From assembly GCA_048213135.1 (NCBI GenBank), contig PS015363.1, positions 66,158-86,157 on the forward strand: a DNA stretch of 20,000 nt. Direction: 5' to 3'. This document shows positions 12,051-20,000 of the stretch, one piece after another. The translations under genes were made by a program, and so were the position numbers. The DNA is from Reclinomonas americana ATCC 50394 (taxonomy: Eukaryota). Under the pieces are notes generated by a model, which saw only the letters and a list, made by a program, of their open reading frames with translations, had not been told where the DNA came from and made no database searches. Positions within the stretch are counted from its first letter, which is position 1, and every line of letters begins with the position of its first letter.

Positions 12051-12153
12051 CTCTGCTTTTGGATTCACCGCCCGTCCGACCCATCGGCTTCCCGCGCACA
12101 CGCGAGCCCGGATATCTTGCGCCATCTGTCCCGCTTATTTTCTGAGTTTCACA

Positions 12154-15100
12154 ATGCGAAGGCCACGGTTAGCACCGTGTGCCGCCGCACCGTGGCAAAG
12201 ATTACCACTCACACTGATAGTGATGGTGGTGGTGGTGGTGGTGATGGCAATGGTTGTCATTGCTCAGGGGGAGGAGGAGGAGAGTGGAGAGTGGATGCAC
12301 GAGCTGTCGCCGATTGATCTCAGTCAGGGTGCGTGCGTCTGCTCTGTGTGCTGTGTGTGTCTGCTGCGTGTGTGTGTTGCTCATGTGCGTGCGTGTGTGC
12401 AGTGGAGCAAGGGCCCAAGTCGGCGACGGGTCAGCACTTCCCGAATGTCGGCAAGCAACCGCCGCCGTCGCTGCCGGATCCGCGGCCACCGGTGCCGCTG
12501 AACAACGACTCGCCGCACACACTGCCGACGGCGTCGGGTGTGGTTGCGCCGCCAGGGCCGGTGGGTAGTGTGCCGGGAGGACCGGCCACGGCGGGCACGC
12601 TGGCGACACCGTCGACGCAGATTGCGGGCACGACGGTTCATCAGCTGGCGCCCGAGGTGAAGCCGCAGGATACGCTGACTCCTGTGCCGGATACGCTGGT
12701 GCCGGTGACGGTCACTGGACCCGGGTGCAGTCTGGGCGAGAAGCGCAAGCCAGAGGAGATTATCGGCAAGCCATCGGGAGCGTCGGCCGTCAAACCGGTG
12801 CCGCCCGCCATCAAGAAGATTGTGCCGCGCATCAAGACCGTGCTGGATCAATTGGAGGTGTGTGTGTGCGTGGTGATTGCGGAGAACCATGGATGGCACA
12901 CTGCGGCTCACGATCGCGCTCTTGTTTCTCGTCACAGCGTCGACCAATCAACTGCTCCCCAAAGCTGAACTCAGTGCTCCGCGCCGTGCAAAACAGCATG
13001 ATGGAGGCGCGCACGGCGTGTCAGAAGCCTCTGATTTGCATCGAGGGTATTCGTCGTTGGCAGTACCAGGTACTTTGTGTGTGTGTGTGTGTGTATGATG
13101 ATAAGCGTGTCGCGATGGATTTGCTGACAAGTGCGACAGATCTCAAACGGTCGCACACACTGGGCACGCCTGGTGGTCTCAGGGCACGAAGTGGTGGCGC
13201 AAGTGTGGGAGACTCCGTCTATCGAGACAGAGTATGCCAGTTCGTCGATTCCGAGTGCCAAGGGCAATGCGTTTCGTCACTTGCTGCTGTGCTGTTGACG
13301 ATGTGCTGTAGTTCGTCAGCCCACTGTGATGATGCAGTGTGACCGACAATGCGGAACGCATGACTGTGGTGGGCCTCTTCCGTCCGCGCCAGTCGCAGAC
13401 GGAGGCGCGACAACCACTCGATGTCTGTGCGCTCGGTGCGCGGCCAGCCGCCACCGCCAGCGACTGCGCACACGCCGATCTGTCCTCGCTCAAGGCCACG
13501 ATTACCAACTTTAATCAGTATGTGGAGCTCGACGGTGATCTAACTCCGCTGCACGTCGACATGTTGCGTTTCTGGGATCGTACAGGAGGTCGTGAGGGCA
13601 TGTATTTGTGCTGATGCGCTGTGTGCAGCATGGAGGATGCCGATGTGGATGAGGTGGACGGCGAGAGTGGCGAGACGCGCAACTTGGTGGAGCCCGAGGT
13701 GCTCAACTCGGAGCTGGAGGTCGACGAGATTGACGAGGCTTCCAAGTTGTCGCTGGCGGAGATTGTGGAGTCACGCTTGTCGGTGTCCGAGTACGATTTC
13801 CGCAACGTGGCCGACAAGCTCAAGTGCCCCGTGCGCGTTCTCGACCAGCGGTTCTGGTGAGAGTCTTCTCCATATGCAGCAGTTGGCAGCTGTGAGCGCC
13901 CTCCACTGATCCTGCATTGTGTCCACAGTGGTGGCAGTTGGGCGTTCTCGGCCGCCACCTCACTGTCGGCAAGTTTGTGCATCGTGACGCAGGTTGGAAA
14001 ACGCCCTTCTTTACTGCTGTTCTTCACTGCCGTGTAGCAGCGCACTGACTGGTGGTGATAGGGTCGCGACACGGCACTGGTGAGCCCGCAAGACATTATC
14101 TCGTGCACTGGTCGCGGTGACGGCTGTCGTGGCGGTCACTACTATCGCACGTACAAGCAGATGGCCAAGAAGAAGCTGCAGGTGTGTGTGCGCACGCGCT
14201 GGAGGTCGACCTTGTGGAGCTTGTGTTGACGCGGCTCTTGTTTTCATGCACGTCAGGTTCTCTTTGACGAGTGCCACCCGTTCGTGTCGGCGGATATCAC
14301 ACTGGGCGAAAAGTGTGGTGTCACCGCTCCGCTGCAACAGTGCAAGAACCCTCGTCGCATCGGGGCTGCAAACACGCGCTATCTCGCTGCACTGGATTCG
14401 CCAGGCGCCGAGGATGCGTTGAAACGAGCCATTCGTCGGGTGGGTGCTGTCAGTGCCGAAATCGTCGTGCATCGCTCGTTCTACAAGTACTCGGGTGGTG
14501 AGTGGGGGAGTGTTTCACAACGACGACAGACTCACATCACATCGTACTCACTGCTTTTTGATGTGCAGGCATCTACACGGCCAAGCAGGCCGATGTGGTC
14601 GACGGTCTGCATGCTGTCACAGTGATTGGCTGGGGCGACGATCCGCAGGCGCCGTACTGGATCATTCAGAACTCGTGCGTCAGTTGCTAATGTGGCTTGG
14701 AGTGACTGGCAACTGAATCGATTGTTAACGTTCTCGTTGTTGCTGCAGGTGGGGTGAATTGTGGGGCGAGAAGGGATTTGCGCGCATCGCTCGCGACAAG
14801 GCCACCATTGACAAGCTGGGACTGCGCAACTTTGTGTGGGTCGACGCCACTCCGAGCGTTGTGTGCAACAAGATCAATTGCGTGCATGGCATGACCTCGG
14901 CAGACTGCAACACGTGCTCGTGCGACGAAGGATGGAGTGGACCCGATTGCAACAGTTGTGTGTGCAGAAGGGAAGAGAAGGAGTGTGCGTGCGTACATTG
15001 CTGACGTGCAGTGTCTGTGTTTCAGAGTGCACGCTAAAGTGCTACAATGGCGGCGAAGTGGACACTGCCGCCTGCCAGTGCATGTGCCCGGACGGATTTG

Positions 15101-18001
15101 GTGGCGTGCAGTGCGAACTGAGTTGCGTTGCCGAGAGTCGACATGGTGTTTATCTCGCTCGTGGTTGCTGACGGCGAGTGACAGGCATCACACCACTGCA
15201 CGGTCTTATCGGCGTTGTTCCGCTGTGCAAGCGTTCTGATTTCGGTGTGCGCCTCACTGGTTTCCGAGCTCATGAAAAGGTATGCATGCTCTCCACGCGT
15301 CTTGAGCAGCGAACGGAAGACTCAAATCGACGGCTGTGCAGGATTTCATCATTGTGACACGACACCCGAACCCCCCGCGTGACACCTCTGGCAAGTGGAA
15401 CACTCTGATCAGCAACAGGCTGCCGTGCAAGGGCGTGTGTCCGCCGGGCCCCGTAGATGTGCACCTCAGCCTGTCCGGTTTGCAGTCCGGTCGCTATGTC
15501 GTTGCGCACAGACCGTTTCCCTTTTCGTGTTTCTCTGCTTCCCTTCCTCATCACCTGCTCGCCAGATCTGGTACATGCAGGCGCAGACGGCGAATGCATT
15601 CGGTCAGGAGACAGGCTACGAGGCGCAGGTGCCACTGAACATTGAGATCGAGGGCGTGCCGTCCAGCTGTGCGTCACTCGTCTCTTTAGCCAGTGCCGAT
15701 GTGAGAGTGTCTCCCTGACATCTTGTTGATGTCCATGCGCAGCCTGGGCCAAGATCAATCCCACACCCGCGATTTTGGCACCGGCGGCCGAAGTGATTCC
15801 GGTGCCGCCGCCGCGCTGCACGGTGGTTCCCGGCCAGGTACGCGGCAAGTGGCTGTACAATCCGTTCGACGATGTCGCACCGGCAGCCGTCGACCCGCTG
15901 ACCGACATGCCGGTGACGGAGCTGGATGGATTCCCGGTCGACAAGGAGGTCGCGGATGCCATTCGCAAGGTCGACGACGACGCGTCGGTGGAGATCCTCG
16001 CGCCCAAGACGCAGGCCCCGAAAGACCCGAATCAGGCGTTGCCGGTACCCGGCACTCCGTACATTGATCCGTGCACGTCGCCCACGTACACGGAGCTGAC
16101 CGTCACGTTCAAGCGCGCCCCCGGTCTGAAGGATGTCGGCATTCTGCACTACGAAGTGGAGCGCAGCTCAGACGCACTGTTCAACGAGGGTGTGGAGCGC
16201 AGTGTGGTGGCCCCCGACGGTTTCAACACCTCCAAAGTGCGGCACACTGTCCGCGGACTCGCCGCCGGTCGCGCCAATTATGTACGTGCACGAGTGGTGA
16301 CGGTGACTGGTCGCTCCGGTCCGTGGAGCAAGACAAGCCAGCCGCTACGCACGGCTGGATCACCCAGTTGAGTATGAGGCAATCGTTCATTTTTCTCTGA
16401 ACCACCATCATCTAACTCATGGTTCGTGCAGACGGGCAATGCAACGTGCCGCTCTTCACCTCGCCGGCCATTGCCTACGCATCCGCACCGTACATGATGG
16501 TGAGTGTGAGGCGAATCTGTTTGCAGCACCGGTTCGCGAAAAATGACGCGATGGCATTATGTTGCAGGGAACGCCGGGAGTCGAACAGTGCCCACTGAAT
16601 CAGGGAGTAGCCAGCTGCTGCACCAAGCAGTCGGTGAAATGTTTCGTCGTGCACGCAATCGTGTGTGTGTCGTCTGTGTGGTCGAGACGAGAAACTGATC
16701 CGTGGTGGTGGTGTGTGCAGTCATGAAAGAGGACCTGACGAACCAGGCCTCGGTTTACGCCCGCGGACCCGACGGCTTCCTCGACATGGTGGAGCGCCTG
16801 GTGACGATGGTACGCGTTTTTCTTCTGCACTGCTCTCCAGAGTACTGCATCCTCATCCATGCACGCATTGCACAGGCTGCGCACTGGACGACATACACTG
16901 CCGGTGTGCAGGCGTGGCCGAGGGTGCGGCAGGCGCAGCAGCGGGCACTCGACACGGCGTACAGGTTCGCGTCGGACAACCGCGCACTGATTGAGCAGTG
17001 CTTCACCACCACCCACCGTTACCTGGCCGGACTGTACTGTTTGGGATGCCGTGGCGACTGGGGTCTGTACATGTCGCAGTCATCGCTCGGTTTCACCACC
17101 GTGGCGTTGCACACGTCGACGTGCGACAAACTGGAACAAGGTAATATATGGGCAATGATCGAGTGGTGGTGGTGGTGGTGGTGAGTCTCATTGTGGCACG
17201 CGACAGACTGTGCGGCATTTGTCGATGCGTACCACGTGGCCGTGCGTGATATCAACGGGATTTATGCGGCCGGCTTTGGTGGTGAACTGCCGCCGAACCG
17301 TCCGGTGGAGGTGCCGACCGAGTCGCCTTGCGCGCACACGTTCGAGAACCAAAAGTCGCTCATCAAGTGCCGCACGCACGTGTGCCAGACTGTGTTTGGT
17401 GGTGCGTTGTGCTTCACTCGCTTGTTTCACCGTGCATCGTGGTGTTGACAAGTGCACTTGTGTTTGCGCAGGCACCGACATTCGTTTCGGAGCATCGCGC
17501 AAGTTGCGAGCAGTGCACTCGGCGTCGTCTTTTCCTCCAGCCCCCCACCCGCGTTCTCACATTGTTTGTGCAGGACCGACTTGTCGTCGGAGGTGCTGCT
17601 GACGAGTGCCGAGGTGGCAAGCGAGGAGACCAACAACTTTTCCGACATTTTGTTGTATGGCGGCACTCAGGGCACTCCACCTGCAGCGGTGCGTTGTACA
17701 TATCGTTATCACGCACTTTCGTTGCGTGTACTGACGCAAAGAGAGACACAGGTGGCCAATGTGTACTCGGACAAGGGTTACAACTTGTTTGGCATTCAGG
17801 CGCCCCCACCAATCCCAAACCTCAACAGTGGCTTGCAACGTTGCGTCTCGCGGCTGTCTTGCTCTTTTCTGTCTCTCTCGCTCACCCATTTCCCTCTTTG
17901 CAGGCTCGTTGCCCAAAAACTCGTCAACAAGAGCATCGACAGTCAGCGGTTGGTTGTTGCTCTTCGCCGTGGCTGTTGTCACTGCGCTAGTGGCTTGGTG
18001 A
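12154..18001 (+). CDS. Large secreted, probably GPI- or membrane-anchored mosaic protein: signal peptide, Pro/Thr-rich region, cystatin-like domain, C1A papain-fold domain (Cys to Ser), 2 EGF-like repeats, beta-sandwich, FN3, folate-receptor-like Cys-rich domain; about 24 introns
   Basis: A continuous frame is obtained with GT-AG introns at donors 12329, 12858, 13070, 13271, 13563, 13857, 13993, 14182, 14498, 14675, 14955, 15122, 15280, 15501, 15669, 16367, 16500, 16641, 16810, 17141, 17402, 17503, 17689 and 17840. N-terminal LIVMVVVVVVMAMVVIA. Papain motifs YDFR, DQRFCGGSWAFS, SPQDIISC, GCRGG, FYKYSGGIY, HAVTVIGWG and YWIIQNSWGELWGEKGF. EGF motifs CSCDEGWSGPDC and CMCPDGFGGVQC. FN3 motif ...HYEVE...GL...YVRAR...GPWS. 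Hydrophobic C-terminus WLLLFAVAVVTALVAW*. Confidence 0.8.
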
Positions 18002-18112
18002 ATACAGTAAAAACAACAAGACAAAGAAAACGCTCACTCACAAATGCCACTCAAAGCAATGCATTACCGTGCTCTCTCTCTCTCTCTCCTACTGCTACGC
18101 TTGTTACGATTT

Positions 18113-20000
18113 TCAACTGCTTAGTGCCATGCCGAATGCCTCGTATGCCGGCAGTGGTTCGGCGTTACCGTACAGCAGCACAGTTGGCGGCTTGCCCTTG
18201 ATGACGCGCGCGGCCACCCGTCGCACATCCTCAATGCTGACCTCGTCGATCTTGGTGCACAGCTCCTCACTCGACAAGTGCTTCCCGTATGTCAACATCT
18301 GGCGACCCATGTCCTCCGTCATGCCACCACGCATCTCGCGACCCATCAGCAGACTCATCTTGAGTTGATTCTTGGCACGGGCCACCTCGTGCAGCCAGAT
18401 CGGGTCTGCAGAGACGAGCAGGGTGAGCGCAGTGAGCGAGGCGTCTGCGGGAAATCACCCTCACCTGCATCGAGGTACAGCTTGCGCAGCTCGGCCACCA
18501 ACACTCGCACACAATCCTCGACATTCTCGTGGAAGGTGTTGGCGTAGATACCCCACAGACCGCCGTCGGTGTACGTGTGCACGTTGGNNNNNNNNNNNNN
18601 NNNNNNNNNNNNNNNNNNNNNNNNNNNNNNNNNNNNNNNNNNNNNNNNNNNNNNNNNNNNNNNNNNNNNNNNNNNNNNNNNNNNNNNNNNNNNNNNNNNN
18701 NNNNNNNNNNNNNNNNNNNNNNNNNNNNNNNNNNNNNNNNNNNNNNNNNNNNNNAGACGGCGGCGTTGATCCAGCCGTACCGGTTCAGCACACGCAGGTA
18801 CCTGTGCTACACGATCAGTGGACGGCAGCAGGGTCATGGGCAGCGGGGGGTGCAGCCACGCAACAGTCGGCTGTACATGCCCTTGCCGGGCCCGCCGGCC
18901 GAGAACGAGTTGCCACCGCCCATCATCATGTGCAACACGTACAGTGCGTACACGTCGGGGTCGTGCCACGAGGGCGCTGCGACGAGTGCAAGTGAGATGG
19001 AGCGACGGTCGGTCCGCGAGTGAGCAGAGGCATGTACCATCAAAGAAAATGCCGAGGTGCGTCAGCGGCGGCAGATGCGTGGGATTGTGTGGCACCTCCA
19101 ACACGTGCTCGCGGAAGTAGCCGCCAGTGTAGACCGACGGCGACTTCTCGATCTCCAAAACGTGACCCTGCCGATCGACTTGTCGGTGCGGAACCTTGGC
19201 AAAGAACTGATTGGCCAGGTGCACCAGGGTTTCGTGAGCCATGCCTGCGACCAAGAAGAGGTAGGTGGTGTGAGCACCGCGCAGCACAAGCCGACGACTA
19301 ACACACACACGCACCCGTGCCCGACAAGACAATGCGCGGTCCAACGGCGTGCCTGCGCAGATACTCGCGCAGTGTTTGCGGTGTTATCTGGGCGGCCTCG
19401 GCAGGCGTCGGCATGAGCGGGTTGCCAATGGCACTCCGCGGATAGGCGATGCGATGGGCGATCTCGGTAATCAACGAGTTGTGGTTGCGCTCGAGGTCCT
19501 CCAGCTCAAACTCCAGAATCTGCCTCTGCTCCTCCATATCCTCGTCGGCAAAGCGCGGCTGCAGCACCGACTGCAACCGGAGGAGGGAATGAGCGTTTAT
19601 GCAACGCGGAATGCGTGACAGATGCGCGCGCACGCACCTGCGAAATGATCTCGAGCATGCGCGGCAAGTTGTCCGGCAACACCTCCGCGCGATACACGAG
19701 GAACTCGCGCTCGGCATCCGACGAGAACTTGCCTCCCATCGACTCGAGCTCCGCCTGCACCTGCGACGCCGTCACACTCCCGTATCCCTGTTCGCCCACC
19801 CGCATGTCAGACTCGTGAAAGGATACGAGCGTGTGACAATGAGACCTTGAAGGCCAGGCGCGTGAGAAAGTACGTGGCTCCACGCTCTGTGGGCCTCTCG
19901 AAGCGCGAGCCCGTGTTGATGAAGAGTCCCACGCTGCACACGTTCTCCGGTCGATTCTGCACCACCACGATGGTGGGAAAATATGCTCACTCACTCTGTC
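18113..20000 (-). CDS. PMPCA: Mitochondrial-processing peptidase alpha subunit (M16B, non-catalytic); 5' end lies outside the window
   Basis: [13 protein letters not shown], degenerate zinc motif (YFLTR in place of HxxEH), YTGG, the diagnostic glycine-rich loop [36 protein letters not shown] and ARAKNQLK...[11 protein letters not shown]. Six visible introns. Stop TGA at 18115-18113. Confidence 0.93.
18588..18754. other. assembly gap (167 N) inside an MPP-alpha exon
   Basis: run of N. Confidence 1.

Noticed and set aside
12220-12243. (GTG)n repeat as a contingency locus
   Set aside because: It is a short in-frame triplet run encoding the poly-Val core of the signal peptide; length changes would not shift the frame.
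16369-16371. TGA as selenocysteine/readthrough or as the gene end
   Set aside because: It lies inside a plausible 65-nt intron (16367-16431) with a CTAAC branch point. The downstream exons have no start or signal peptide of their own.
19858-19880. Loss of the HxxEH zinc motif as a sign of pseudogenisation
   Set aside because: Expected for the non-catalytic MPP alpha subunit; the glycine-rich loop is intact.
1-20000. Prokaryotic features: CRISPR arrays, defence systems, IS elements, tRNA/rRNA
   Set aside because: The sequence is spliceosomal-intron-rich eukaryotic DNA. The only repeats seen are microsatellites and codon runs; no spaced direct repeats, transposase or RNA-gene signature was seen.

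Overview
Compact, intron-dense, GC-rich eukaryotic (probably protist) scaffold with five N-gaps. Manual splicing gives six protein-coding genes with about 64 short GT-AG introns (roughly 55-90 nt). They are: an SRF-type MADS-box transcription factor (+); then on the minus strand, head-to-tail, a GPR137/TOM1-like 7TM protein, INTS11 (CPSF73-like) and MNS1; a large secreted mosaic protein (+) of roughly 1,400 aa (signal peptide, cystatin-like domain, papain-fold domain with catalytic Cys replaced by Ser, 2 EGF, FN3, Cys-rich folate-receptor-like domain, GPI/TM tail); and a 5'-partial mitochondrial processing peptidase alpha subunit (-). Four observations stand out. (1) About a third of the 5' splice sites are a one-base-shifted class, GT-T-GCG/GAG. 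(2) The mosaic protein combines an inhibitor-like domain with a pseudo-protease. (3) The flanks of three intra-exonic N-gaps rejoin in frame. (4) Only 51 nt separate the INTS11 stop from the MNS1 start. All family calls come from motif recognition by eye; no searches were run.
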